The notes: a model not told the origin generated them from the letters alone. A DNA stretch of 53,738 nucleotides, filler included, from Sluysia triapertura (GCA_046118255.1; 4 parts of 4 records of this genome joined end to end with filler, not necessarily neighbours in it), one strand, 5' to 3'; positions 38,027 through 52,693 are shown, counted from the whole stretch's first letter. Program-made: numbers and translations.

Positions 38027-38099
38027 TTAACCCTTTGAGTGCCAACATGATTTTTAGAGAATTATCTAAAAGTGCCAGGATGCTACACAAAAATGAAAA
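38027..38099 (+). mobile_element. piggyBac-like element end running into an assembly gap
   Basis: TTAA followed by CCCTTTGAGTGCC (piggyBac-type CCCT terminus). AGTGCCA recurs subterminally. Confidence 0.6.
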
Positions 38100-38199
38100 N
38101 NNNNNNNNNNNNNNNNNNNNNNNNNNNNNNNNNNNNNNNNNNNTTAATTAATTAANNNNNNNNNNNNNNNNNNNNNNNNNNNNNNNNNNNNNNNNNNNN
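38100..38199. other. Assembly gap with artificial TTAATTAATTAA linker
   Basis: 100-nt N block with linker. Confidence 0.97.
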
Positions 38200-38570
38200 A
38201 CGTTCTAATCATAGTAAAGCTTATTTTTATGTATTCTGGCGTAATAAACGCATTGTTTTATTTGATACATTGTTAAAAGTGTTTAAGATGAATCCTGATG
38301 ATATCATTGAATCTTCTAGACGTTCTAATCATAGTAAAGCTTATTTTTATGTATTCTGGCGTAATAAACGCATTGTTTCATTTGTTACATTGATAAGAGT
38401 ATTTAAAACGAATCTTGATGATAATAAGATTGATAAAAATAAAGACTGTACAAATAACGAAATAATATTTGTGTTAGGGCATGAATTAGGACATTCTAAA
38501 GTAAATTATGCATTACAAATGATTGTTTTATATCTAGCCAATTTATTTTTATTGTTTTTTCCGTTTTGCA
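38200..38570 (+). pseudogene. STE24: CAAX prenyl protease 1 (Ste24/ZMPSTE24, peptidase M48) fragment with a 120-bp tandem duplication
   Basis: [28 protein letters not shown] corresponds to the family motif S.RS.[33 protein letters not shown] carries the HExxH motif (38480-38494). Repeat units start at 38201 and 38321. Similarity is lost after ~38570 and the 5' part is in the gap. Confidence 0.85.
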
Positions 38571-40492
38571 ATCAAAGAATAAAATTTTGTGTAATTTATA
38601 TTTGTAAACTACGTGTTTTTGTTAACTTAATATACAGCGTTTGTTGTTATTTTTTTTCACAGTTTTTATTAAAAGTTAATTCGGGCCTTAAGCCCTTTTT
38701 GTTAACATTAGAATTTATAAGAAATTATAATTTAAGTACTATAAAATATAAGGCCTTTAAGAATCCAAGAAATTTCCCCACCGCTCTTCATTTTTATTAT
38801 AAATTTGTGTACTTTGTGCACTACTGCACATTCATTGAGCTATTTATAATCAATTTTAAGCATTGTGAAAAACCTATATGTTTTTTACAGGATTTTTCAT
38901 ATATAATTTAATCCTCTTGTCAAATAATTTAAGAATTTTGTTATTTAACTATATCTTTTTAGAAATTAATTAGAATAATGTAGTTATAATGCTTATATAT
39001 TATTCAGTAAAATAAAAATTCCAAAATAAGCGAACATTCACACTTTTTAATAAAATTAGAATGAAAGATATTTATTTAAAATGGCTCATTGTCAATTGCT
39101 CTGATTAGATATTCGCGCATATACCTAAAATATGAGTTACAATCTCCTCTACTGATCTTCTCTTATTATTCTTATTAATATTATTATTATCATTATTATT
39201 ATTATTATTATTTTAATGAATAAATTTAAAATCATTATATTATTATTATAGTATTATTAATAATATTATTATTGTTGCTGGTGTTTCCTTGCTTATGAAC
39301 ACGGGCAACATAAATTACTTATAGATTCGGCCGCAACCCATAATTTAGAACGTACAGTAGGTGATTCTGTAATGATTATACAATATAAAGGTTTATATCT
39401 TAACATTAACGACAAGGTTTATTAACTCTGCAAAAAAACTGTACTAAATTAATGACAAATAAAAGACAGGAAATAGATCTTAAATTAAAAGCACAAAAAA
39501 TTAATAGCTTCTTTGTTTTATTAATAAAAATTAAATAAAATTTATTTTTCCCCAAACAATTATCAAAATGTTTGTAGTAATACAGATGTTAACTTTAAAT
39601 ATTACAAAAACATAATAGTGAACATAACATCAATAATAATAAACAATATTTATTTATAATTATATTCCAATGAAAAGAAAATAAAAGTACAACTTTAATA
39701 ATAAAAGGTCAACGCAGAATACGCCGAAAATCTAATATAAATACAGGCTAAAAAATTAATAATATGTGACAGAAAGATTAGAATTTTCCAGAAAAGTTAA
39801 ATTTAAAAAATTAATTGCCAAACTCAGAATAAGTTTAGTATTGTTTAATAGAACAAATTAATTCTTTGAATTCCAAATCCACAATAAAGTTTAAAATGAA
39901 TTTAATTTACCAAGAAGACTTAAAATTCACTTAAAATCAGTGAATTAATAAAATTTGAATATATTAAGGGAAAGCTAAAAAATAATATTGTTTTATTTAT
40001 ATTATCAACCTGTTTATTTTGAATTTTTAAAATAGTGAAGGATTTAGAAGTTGCACATTTAATAAGAAAAAGTAAACATTTCCATATAAATTTTAAAATA
40101 TGATTAGTTTGACGCCCACTTTACGTCATAAATCGTAAATTACATTTCAGGCCTGTACTAAAACTTTCTCAAATCCAAAAATTGAAAAAAGTGAAGGTTA
40201 AATATAGTTAAATATATCCTTCTTTAATTAACAACAAGGTTTCAATCAGAAGCATTTGATAATAAATCTTCTAAAAATTCTATTTCTATATTTTTTATAC
40301 ACAATATTAAAAATAAACCCTTTAAAGAATTAATTCTTAATTTTGAATTTGAAATAGACATAAAACAACTATTAAAGACAGATTTTTACTGTATTTAAGA
40401 TAATAAAAATAGCATAATAATAATATTATTATTATTTTTAATATGAACAATTTAACTATAAAAACAAATATTCCAATAAAGAAACAATGAAA

Positions 40493-40493
40493 C

Positions 40494-40564
<71 letters not shown>

Positions 40565-40565
40565 G
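40493..40565. repeat. (TAA)n(TTA)n palindromic microsatellite
   Basis: Head-to-head arrays centred at 40530/40531, with about 34-bp perfect arms. Confidence 0.95.
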
Positions 40566-43500
40566 CAATGACTACTACCACGACTTCCCTCCTTAAATTA
40601 CTTTACTTTTATTACAGTTAGTTGAATATTATGCACTTTTGAAATTGATACTTCAATATATTCTCCGTAGAACAATAATTACCTTATCCAACTTTTGATT
40701 ACTAGGTCTAATGTTTCTTTAAACTATTTCTAACTTAACAATAAAATTCATTTAAATAATTTAGAAATTTTGTTTAAATACTGCTATTTATTTGGTTATT
40801 CTATGCAAAAAAATGCACTAAAATCATTAATTAATTTAACATTTTAATATTTTAAATATGTTACATTGAACTGACTATTAAAATTACAGTTGCTTACAAT
40901 TTTATATACGATAATAACAAATAATGTAAAAGTTACAATAAATATTTAAATTAATTAGTTCGATTAATTGATTAATTAATGATATTTAATGGTAATAATA
41001 AAGATAATTATGATAATTGTAATCATTATCGGAACTGATAACCAAAACAAAAAATTGAAAAATTGAAAACGATGAAATATGATATTGCTATAATGAAGAA
41101 TATTATTATTATTATTATTACGGTGATATTGATGACTGTAATAGTGATTATAATGATAAACAGTTTAGCTAAATTTGAATTGATTAATAAATGATTGTTA
41201 TTGCCATTTTAATATGGAAGAAATTACTTTAAATTATTCGGAATAGATTTTACTTTTGTTTCTTTATGATAAATGGTTTTATTTTAAAATAAGATGTGTA
41301 ACATTTATCTTGTACAAATTCTGTCAATAAAATAGGTTTAATATTAATTGTGAACTGATTTCCGATGATATATGCATATAAAACGTTTAATACACTAAAG
41401 ATTATAATGATTTTACTATTTTAATTAATTTTAATAAAATGTAATAGAAATAGAAATAATTTTTTATGCATGTATTATCGTGATAATATGGTCAATTTAT
41501 TTTCTTGGCTTTATTATATTCTTTTAGTGGTTTGTATTACTTTGTCTTTGTTGGTATTAATTTTTTATTGGTATTAATTTTTTATTGGTATTAATTTTAA
41601 TAAAATCATATTTTTTGCTTTTTCTAATACTCTCTCTGATGTGTAACTTTCTCTATTTGCTGATTACGTCTGATAAGTTCCAATTCTCTCCTATTAAGAG
41701 AATTTTGAGAAATATTCGTTTAGATATTTTATTAATGAAGTTTTACGATTATATTTTTGTGAAATTAAATAATCAAATTAATCTAAATCTCAAACTAAAT
41801 AATACATATTAAAAATTAAGAAAGATTTAATGAATCAATTAAATTTATAAAGCAAAATAATGCTTTTACAAGTTTATAAAATAAAACAAAGCAAAACACA
41901 TCTGAGACATTTAAATAAACAAATTAGTAAAAAAACCGGTATGAAAATAATAATGATAAGAATCTCTGAATAAAATGTGAGTTGTTGATGAAAAACAATG
42001 CAGATTTAAATAAATAAATTATATGGCCATATTTATATTACATTATGAAACAAAAGTAACTATTATGTAGAAGAAATTTGACATATAATCACAAAAATAC
42101 ATATATTAAGTTCATATGTGTATTGTGGAATGAAATTGTAATTAGCTATTTTATTATGAACGTTATCATAGTTGGTTAGCAAGTGTTTATCTTCTGAAAT
42201 TTTTTATCAGTTAAATCACGTTAAAAATAATTTGCTGAATTGTGATTAGTAGAAATGTGAATGATAAGTTTTACATAATTAGAACTTCACTGATTAAATA
42301 TATTTTATTGAATATCTTTTATTACAATTTATAAAAATAACTTGCAATATACAAATTTATAACACTTCACGATAATTTGTTCAATCAAATATTTTTGTAT
42401 TTTTTCGTAATTTTTTGTTTTATCTTAATTTAGATTTTATTTATTTTACTTTTATTATTTTTCATTTAGTTACTGTACTCACGCGTGTAAAACGTTAATA
42501 CCAAAGAAAATACCAATCTAAATAATTTGTCTTTGTTTACTTATAACAAATAATTTTAATGTTTTGATTTGTGCTGAGTTTAATACTCTAGTATCTAGTT
42601 AATATTTCCATACAGTTAATTCTATTTTATGTTCCAATTCATTCCATAGTTGTTTGTATCTATCTGATCTTATTAAACGTATTTTTGTGACTGTGCCGCC
42701 AATTTTTATTTATTTTGGTATTGTAGTAGTCCTACATGTAAGTAAAATGAATGCTCTCATAATAAATGAATGTTTTATTGTAAAATAATGTTCATAATTT
42801 TATAATATTCGAACTCATTTTTGTTTTAAAATAAATTTAAAATCACTTATTTGTATTTTTAAAATTATTAAAATTAAGATCATAATTCTTTTATATTAAA
42901 TTGAGATTACATGGCGATAATAAAATTCAAAATTTAATAACAAATAAGAATCTATTTTAAATTGAAATTGTGTAAATGATCATTGTAAAATAAGATTCAA
43001 TAATGACAACGTGAAATTAAAATTAAAAACATCAAACCATACTATTATAGTCAATAAAATTTTTTAATATAAGAATTAGTAACAATAATATAAAATCAAA
43101 CTTTAAGAGCATTATAATAGGGTAAAATAATCGTAAACTATGATTAAATAAAAATAATATCAAAGTAAAATATAATAATACAAAATTCAGACTGGAAAAA
43201 AGTAAACAATGCATTACTTGTAATTATGATAATCACATATTTTTAATATTAACTTTTATGTATTCATAATGTTTAATATTACTTGTAATTACAGTAACTA
43301 CATTCTAATATTCATCGAGTTACTATTGGTGTATTACTATTTGAAATAAATTGTGTATTGATTTAACTGCATAACATATTTTATTTGGTAACTTCGATTA
43401 TTTTCACTACTATAATATAATAATTATTTATAATAAACTGATAGTACAAATAGAGTTGTGTAGAACATTAAAGTTTTGGATATTTGCCGAAAAATGTAAC

Positions 43501-44285
43501 ATTTGATTATTTCTGTAATAAACAGACATCTTTTTTCGAAAGCCAAATAAACTGTCAAACCTTACTCGACGAAAATAACTATAACAAAATTTGAATAGAA
43601 AGAACGCAGATTCTTTGGTAAGGTTGGTCTGAATAAACATACATATAAACATATATATAATAGATAAATGGATCGTTTTAATTGAGTTATACATAGTATT
43701 AATATTATACTTTGATAGAAGTATATTGTATATAATTTTGTCTTATTTTTTGAATAATGAGGATTGGGGATTGCGCTACCAAGCAGGAGTCCAATATATA
43801 GAATAAACATTTATCATCACCGGTAAAATAAAATCTTATAAATTAGGTTCTGACAAAACATGATTATATGAAATTAATCAAGAAATATTTAGAATATAAA
43901 AAGAGTATAATTAAAAATAATTCAAAAGAATAATTTAGTAGATAAGCACTTCTGTCATGATAACTGGGACCAGTATTTGAATTGACGCTTCCAGATAAAA
44001 TAAATAAAATACATAGAGTATAGAATAAATTAATAAAAGAAGTTTATACCAATAATAAATTATACTTTCAGATAAATTAAGATTAATAGAAAACATAGGT
44101 ATTATAAAAGTAGCTTACATTAACAATAATAATTTAGATTCTAGAATCTTTATTTGCACTTCTTAGACAAAACTTTAGAGTTTAAATCATTCTGTATTTA
44201 AATTACAATGTATTTCATTGTAGAAGCATTCTGGTTTACTTTCTGACTCTGACTATAACAAGATTCTGATTTCACTTTCAGACAA

Positions 44286-44624
44286 TCTTCCAAGTAAGAC
44301 TTTATTAGCAATTATCAAAGCATTTCTCCTTTGCCACACAATATCCATGAGAATGAATTAAAATAACGAAATTCAGTTAAATAAATACTCTGCCGAAACT
44401 TTGGAATCAAGTGACATGCAAGACATTCCAGAGGACAACGATGTGGCCTAAACATAAAACGTGTTATCCATTAGTAAATGTAGATCGGTTTTCATGTGTT
44501 TTGTAAATTTAGAAATTTCATAATTATTTACTTTGTAACTTTGTTTTGCGATATATGAAAATAGGACACCCCTGAAAAAAGCCCTGGTGTCATATTTTGG
44601 AGTGAAAATTAATATAAGCCCTGT
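44286..44624 (+). mobile_element. Second copy of the pogo-like transposon 3' end
   Basis: Reverse complement of 18950-19295, e.g. TATCAAAGCATTTCTCCTTTGCC and GTGTCATATT.TG.AGTGAAAATTAAT.TAAGCC. Confidence 0.65.
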
Positions 44625-45019
44625 ACATCGAATTCATTTTTATATATCTGTCATTTCATGTTTTACTATTGTTGTAATTATCTAAGAAGTTCTGGCTTAT
44701 CTTATTTTCAGAACAGTTATCGGATACATTCACATGAGACTGGAATCTAAATTACACAGATATGTTGCGTCTTCGTTACTTTTATTTTAAATTATCAAAT
44801 TATAAGCCAATAACTAAACAAATTCGGAATCTCAATATATTCTTTAAACTGTTTATTAACAATAACATACCTTCAATGTGTAATTTTATTATCAAATTCA
44901 AAGTTATATATCTTTAATTACAAAACTCTAACTATTCAAAAAAAAAATTGAAATTTGTAAATGTTGACGACCGTATTAACAAAATAAAGTAACACAAGTT
45001 ACTAAATTCCCTATTGCGT

Positions 45020-45385
45020 AATTTAATCAACTGCTAAAGAATAAGCTTCATTCTTATTTGTTTTCCACAAATGGATTGAGGTAGCGTCCCTAAAGCTTAA
45101 TCAGTCCTTGACTAAATAATTTTCGCCTCTCTATATTTTTCTTATCATCTTTCTTTCTGTGTTTCTAATTTTTCTACAAAGTATGACTTCTTATACAGCA
45201 ATTTGAGAGTCATTTAGGAGATTGGAAATTGGACAAGACAGAAATTAAACTATCCATTCTTTTTAGTCGGTCATACGCCGACCCATTTAAGTGATTAAAT
45301 TCCAAGAGTAATTTCGCCTGTGTCCAATTTTTTTAATTACCACATGATAATGAGATTGTGATAAACAATCCATTTATCATTTCAA
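45020..45385 (-). mobile_element. Ty3/Gypsy-like Gag remnant
   Basis: Minus frame DKWIVYHNLIIMW*LKNWTQAKLLLEFNHLNGSAYD fits the W...W....K......L.G.A retrotransposon Gag pattern. Short and interrupted. Confidence 0.4.
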
Positions 45386-47459
45386 TATCATTAAATCAAA
45401 ATTTAATGTCGTTATTGCACGACTATTTTGTCATTAATGCAATTTATTAACTTAAATAATAAAATAATAAATTTATTTTTCATAGAAATCTTTTTTATAA
45501 TACGTTATACATCAACCGTACGCCGCAAGTCGATTTCAAAAAGATATTGGATTTGGTATCTTCATAAGAATCAATTTAATATATACTTTAAACATCACAA
45601 CATATGTAAATTTAATTTTTGATTATAAAAACTAACTAAGATAACTAATTTTTACTTTATCTAAGTTGACGTGCTTCGCAACACTTCATCATTAAAAATA
45701 TTAATAAAACTCATCATTATAGACTAAATATAATATTATTTTATCATGATCACACAATTTTTATTAAGTAATCAAATTAAACAAATTTTGATTAAATTAA
45801 CAAATGTACTTTAACATTTTAACAAATAAAACCTTGCACCTTCTGTCTTGATTCATATATTTATTTTTATTGCATTCATCACAATATTCTATCTTCATTT
45901 TCAGTTATGTTTATTTCGCTTCTAAATCACGACTTACAACCTTATGTTTCTCCTTATCCTTAACTAATCACGGCACATGTACTATCAACCAATTAAATAT
46001 CGTAAGGAAATATTAAATATTAAAATAATGTCGGTTTTTATTTTGAATAATTTTATTTCTCATCAAAAAATTATATAAAATAAGTAGGAAGCAAATAAAA
46101 CTTTTAATATTAACATTTTAAATAAGATTTGAATAAGTTATGAAATTGAAATTTTAATATTATCAAAATTAATAATATTATTGTACGATTATTATTTTAG
46201 AAATTATGTTAGACCTTTCATAGACAAATCTAAATATATTATTTACATTGATTATATTTGATATATACGATAAACAGCAGTCAAACATTTTTACAAATTG
46301 TATGTGTTTTTGCTAAATAAATAACTTAGAATTATTTTATTTATCCATGTTTACGTTTTTTGTTTCTCACATACTTAAAAAATTAATTTAGTTTCAAACA
46401 TATTAAAACAGAAACATACCAAAATTATATGGTTTGCTTTCTAAGGAAAACTTCAAACAATCGATAAAGACATGGTTTTATAATTACGAAAATGATTGGA
46501 TTTCATTTTTAAGAAATTATATTTTTGTATGTTTTCGTCGTTTTAATTTCTAAGATAAACTTTTCTTATTGCATCTTTCTCCATATACTGAATTGCTTTT
46601 ATATTTAAATGATTGGATTTTAGTTTCACATAATTTAAACGAAAAACAATGCATTTAGTTGGAAATATACGAAAAGCATTTTTAAAAAATTAAATTTTTA
46701 TGTATTTATTTAATTGAAAACGTAAATATTTATTTATTTGCTTGTTTAGGTTTACTTCATTTATTTGTGATGTTTGCGTAATTTCAGAGAAATATAACTT
46801 TAATTTACGTACTTTACGAGAAATATAACGTTAATAATAATAATAATAATAATGATAATAATATAATGCTAACATGTACTATAAATAAATACTCAAAATT
46901 ATTTAGATCATATCATTTGTCATAATATTTCTGAAATATAAAGAATTTTGACTTACTTTTAAATACTTCATAACCTTCCCCAAAGTATAGACATAATAAT
47001 AAAAAAAATTAGTAATAATAATTAAATAAAATAATTAGTAATAATAATATTTAAAATAATAAATAATAATATTAACAACTTATAAAATTAATTAAGTTAG
47101 GAATTGACGCCCACAATTCAAAATATGTTATTTCTTAAGGTGTGATACCTATAAATTATATGTCATGTATTATTAGGCCATAGTAATATATAAGGCAATT
47201 CAAAACGCTGTAATATATACAGACGTACTGGTGTGGTTTTCTTAATGTTAAACATAAAAATGTTAAAATAAAAATTGAGCAGGGTCCGGTTACAGTAAGC
47301 GCCTTACAACTAGTAGTTGGCACCTCTGTAACTAATAAATTGAAAATCTTATTACAATTACTTAAAATATGACGTTTAGAGGGTCTTAAACTTAAAATAT
47401 TACAATGAATAAAAACTCAATTAATTTTTTAAGTATATTAAATTAAATACACACGTAGA

Positions 47460-48055
47460 GTAGATTATAAAACAGAATAAAATATAACAAAATAAAATGT
47501 GATTAATATGCTAAGATCTAAATCCTTTTGGGATATTCGATCTGATGGTTTTTAAAGTTTAAGTATAAAATTTACCCTCAATATAACGGGTTCCTTACTA
47601 AAAAATTGATTTTAGTGCATATTAAGATTTTGATTTATTGAAATCAAAATCACCTTAATAATAGAATAAGTGAACCTTGCATGGAACATAAAATCCTTCG
47701 ATAAAAATTTGACTATAATCCAATCTGGGCTGTATAAAGAAAATTCCTATACCAAATGGCGCTGAAAATTTAGATTGACTGAAATTTTTCAAAATGGCTG
47801 AATAATTAATCATTAAACTGATGCTAGTTTATATACTTGTCATCTACCAATGAAAATTGATTGAATGCTCTAGAACATTCTAGAAGCTTTTATTCTATTT
47901 ATAGATGCAAATTTTCTTTTTTAGAAATTTTCTTTTCTTTTTTGTAAAATAAATTTCTTTTTGGAAAATTAATATTTTTTAGGTGTTTTATGATATTTGT
48001 AAATAATTTTAAAGCATTTTGTGTGATTTTAAAAGGTCGTGATGACAACCTAACA
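47460..48055 (-). mobile_element. Solo-LTR-like family C, copy 2 (left boundary approximate)
   Basis: Collinear with 1-756. Has a degenerate HSE (47862-47891), CCAAT (47847-47851) and TATA (47828-47835). Confidence 0.6.
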
Positions 48056-48157
48056 GTACTATATAGGCAAAATAGAATTTGTAGTTGAATTGATGAGTTA
48101 ACAAAAATTTTAAATCGAATCAGCAAAAAGAAATTAAAACTAAACTATGATTTCTCG

Positions 48158-48212
<55 letters not shown>
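48158..48212. repeat. (ATT)n microsatellite
   Basis: Direct reading. Confidence 0.95.
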
Positions 48213-48213
<1 letters not shown>

Positions 48214-49649
48214 CTATATCATGAACCACAGTATTACATAAATTTCGACAATGTTAAAATTCATTGCCAATTGTATTTGTGGACATTGCAATTCTGTTTT
48301 CGTTTGTTGTGGGTCGTTACGCCATAGTAAAATAATAGTAATAATAATTATTATTATTAAAATAATTCCATAATAATAAAATAATTATGATAATAATGGT
48401 TATAAAATAAATTTGTTGTAACGCCTTAAAACTTTAAAAAATATTTTTCTTTCAATAAGGGTACTACAGGCATTTGAAAATAATATAAATTAGTCATAAC
48501 TCAACTTAACACAATAAGTTAAAACAAAAGAAGAGATTAATTTGAAAAAATAATATGTGCAGCCTTACGATTCTTGTTTTCGACAATTTATATTAGTTGG
48601 TAACTATAAATTTTGGCTTAACACTTTGATAACTTGCATAAAGCATACATCATCTCGAGAATATTGTCAAAGTGTTCCAGAAAATGACTTTATTTCAATC
48701 AATTATACAATTGTAATAGAATCGTCAGTTAATTATGATTAAGGCATTTTTCTTATACAAGATAAGGATCAAAATCATCCACTAAAAATCATTTATATCT
48801 TTCCATAAAAATAAATGTGGTGCTAAAATCAATTATAAAAGTTACTTTATCATAATAAGAGAAATCTTAATTTTTAATATTGTATTAACATTAATGTAGT
48901 TACTGCACCATATTTCGTAAAGAATATTTAATAATGCATTATTTGGTTTCAAATACATACACTGTTGTTATTATTATTCATTGTTTTATAGATTATTTAG
49001 AGTTGAAATAATTGTTTAATAATAAAATATGCGAAGTTCAGGTGGTGATACTATTTTTAAAATGAGTAAAGAATAAAGTTTTTAAATCATAAACCTCGTT
49101 TGGTTATAACATAAGTAGACATAAAAGTGATAATTCTGTAAGACTTAAGTAAATCTAAAAAGTAAGTTTGTAAAAGAAATGTATTGAATTCAAAGATAAA
49201 AGGAATACATAATATCATAATAACATAAAAGTAGTTAGCTAAATACATGTAATTTAAAAAATTATACGTCTTTTCAGAAGACATAAACCGTTAGTTGTAA
49301 GTAAACTCAGCAAAAACACATTCTTAATACTAACTCAACATTCCAAAATCGTAAGTTTTAGTAATATAAGATATTCCTAGGAATAAATGCATACTTAATT
49401 TATAAAGAATTTTTAATGTAGTTTAAAACTATCTTCAAACTATAATCGAAAATCGAAAAACCAAAGTATCAAAATCTTAATACTATAAAGTATTATTATT
49501 GATATTATTTTCATTGTGATTTTAATAATTATTGGTATAAATTGAGTGTGCAATTCCAAATTTTGTAAAATAATTATCTTTCATGGTTTCACTTGTATTT
49601 AGTTTTATTCAAATATTTAGTAATTGTTTTTTTGACAATGAATATAGAC

Positions 49650-50780
49650 TTAACGTTTTTATTTATTTTTACTAAAAAGAATGCATATATTTGTGAGATT
49701 TTTTGTTTATAGAATAAAGTAAAGCCTATACGTGAATTCACCAATGTACTAGGCTTACCGGTTAGGGATAGCTATTGGATTTATAAAAGAATTTCAATTG
49801 AAGATTGGAATAACTTCCTCAGGTTCACCAGATTCTATCTAAAGCGTTTATTAATTTTGATGAATTATAAACTGGAAGTTTTCAAAATTTTATATTGGAA
49901 TATTTAGCTGGCCAAAAAATTAACAATTTAAATTTTATATTATTATGATAGCTTGCGAAAATCGTATGAAAAGGTTTTATATCAATTGATTTTTCGAAAA
50001 TCAGAATTAAATTCTGATAAAGCTTTAATGCAGTAGCAAGTTTACGATTTTGAAACTATAAAAATTATTAATATTCAAAATAATAACTGGTTTTTTAATG
50101 ATATATTAACAAAATTTATAATATCCATAAGGGTTATAAGAATTATAATACAAATAAAATTGTTGCACTGATTAACTGTTATCGAGTTAATTATTCAAAT
50201 AATAACAAATTTAAATATATGTTACGTAAGAACCGACAAAAGGTTCCCAATTTTTTTATAGAAATGGAATTTAAGTATATTTTGCGTGGGATACCTTCAG
50301 GTATCAAAACCTTAACAAAATAAACTAAAGTAATCTATTTTTGAAAATCGACAAGATCTTGGTCAAGGATAAATTTTAATCGGTTAATCGTCTTCTTGGT
50401 TGTATAAGAGTTGTGAAAATTTTGATTAAAAATTCGTAGAAACCGTGAAAAATTTATCGTGTAGACAAAGTAAACTGTACCGAAATATAAAAAATTGTGT
50501 TGTTTTATGTTATTGTATGTTATTTATATGCATATTTTATGTTGGCCTTGGCCTTTTATTAAAACAAAAAAAGTTTTATTTTATAATACAATGTTTTGAA
50601 AATATTTTAATAATATTAAAAATACTTACGTTAGTTTAATTTTTAAAACTTCAAAATTCATAATTTTCAAAATAATTAATTCCAAAATAAAATTTTTAAC
50701 AAAATAATTAATCCAAATAATAAATCAATAAAGTTATAAATACTTACCAATGTTTGTTTGTATCCAATAACAATATTGTT
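49650..50780 (+). repeat. Interspersed repeat family B, copy 4 (boundaries approximate)
   Basis: Core at 49730-49781. Collinear with copy 1 over about 1 kb. Confidence 0.7.
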
Positions 50781-51723
50781 CGTATTTAATAACTTATAAA
50801 TATTCACACACTAATCATTATTTTTGATATTTAACATATTATTAAAGATTTTGATAACGTTGAATTGTGCCATTATTAGTACAGAACGTATAAATTATTA
50901 AATAAAAATTTGCAATCATTAGTATTAGTATTAAGAGGATAATTAGTATATTATTAATTAAATATTTGATAACATTAAACTGTATAAAAAGAAAAAATCG
51001 AAATAAAATAAAATTAAAAATTAAACGAAATAATTAAATAAATAAGAGAAATTAAGCACTGATTCAATTAGCAAAATTAAGATCCTTAGTAATAAAAAAT
51101 ATCAATTAATTTAACGAAAGGCCATTGGAAACTGTAGTTTTAGAAAATAATAGATAATTCTTGAAAATCGTAAACGGTTAACAAAAGCAAACCTACCATC
51201 AGAATTAGGTAGACATTTTGACAGTTAAATTTCTATGAAGATGTCTTCCAGAAGGATATAAGACGGTTACTATAGACGAACAGTCTATATATAAAAATAT
51301 TTTCAAGTCTCTAATATTGAGTTTTAAATTTTTGAAACATAAACGTATAATTTTTATACAATGTTATGTCTTGAAGACGTACTTATTCTAATATTTCCTT
51401 TTTTATTGAATTTTTAATATAATTAATTGATTAAATAAACATTTTACTTTTAATTTATTGAATAAATTTACTATTTTTGATTTTAAATAGTAACATAAAT
51501 AAATTAATTTTTATCATTTATCTTTGTTAATTTTGAAAACGAATTTTATTCAACTCGAAAAAATTATTCTTAATACAAATTAACATATTTTTATTAAGTA
51601 TCTTATTTTAGATTGCCTTTTTACTTTTTAAGCTCTATTATTTTTATCTAATTCATTATTTACATTAAATGCTTTAGTCCTTTTATCTTTTATATAAAAT
51701 TATATAACAAATTATTATTATAT

Positions 51724-51733
51724 TAACAACAAC

Positions 51734-51782
<49 letters not shown>
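51724..51782. repeat. (AAC)n(AAT)n microsatellite
   Basis: Direct reading. Confidence 0.95.
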
Positions 51783-52691
51783 TAAAAATCACAATTAATA
51801 CTATTATTATAATTGTAATTAATATTTGTAGATATAAATAAACACAATATTGTTTTTTTTTCATTTATCAGAAATATTTAAATTATATTTTTTGTTTTAT
51901 TTTTAGCTGTCTAATTAAACTATTTATTTTTACAATTTTAATGAATATTTACATAAATTATAATTCATACATTATTTCTTCTAATTTTTCAATTTAGGTT
52001 TTGCTTTTAATAATTTATTGAAAAATGATTTTCGTATTTTTTTAAAAAATAATTCGTTAGTTTTAAAATCTGATTCATTATTCTATTATTTTATTAACTT
52101 ATTGTGATAAATACTTCATCATAATTCATTAAAATAATAAATTAAGTAACCATTGAAACATTATTAATTTATCATAAGGAAATTTTATAATTGGATAAAA
52201 TATAAAACTATTATGATAATAATAAAAAAATATAATATGAAAATTTTATACTAAATCAGAGACACAACTGCTTGCAATGGAAATATATAAGAAATAAATA
52301 GTCTAATAATCGAAAATAACTGAAGAATCACACATTAATAGAAAATAATTGAAAAAATAATAATCGACAAACCATTTGAAGAAGTTACCATATTAGGGCT
52401 ACTTGTTTTAAATATTTTTAACTACAAGTTGTTACTGTAATATTTCAGTATTTTTAGTAATTTTAAAACAATATTTTGTTGAATTTTAATAAACATAAAA
52501 TTAAAATTATTTTTATGACAAATGTAATTCATTTAATTGTCATTGTTGTAGTAATACAATTTACTATTGTGAGCATGTTACCTTTTACTTCCATCCTAGC
52601 ATCAGGACAGACGGTTTAAATTTTAGTCTTCAAAATTTGGATTCTATTACCACTTATATCATTAATTTTTTCAATCTTAATAACGTACTAC

Positions 52692-52693
<2 letters not shown>

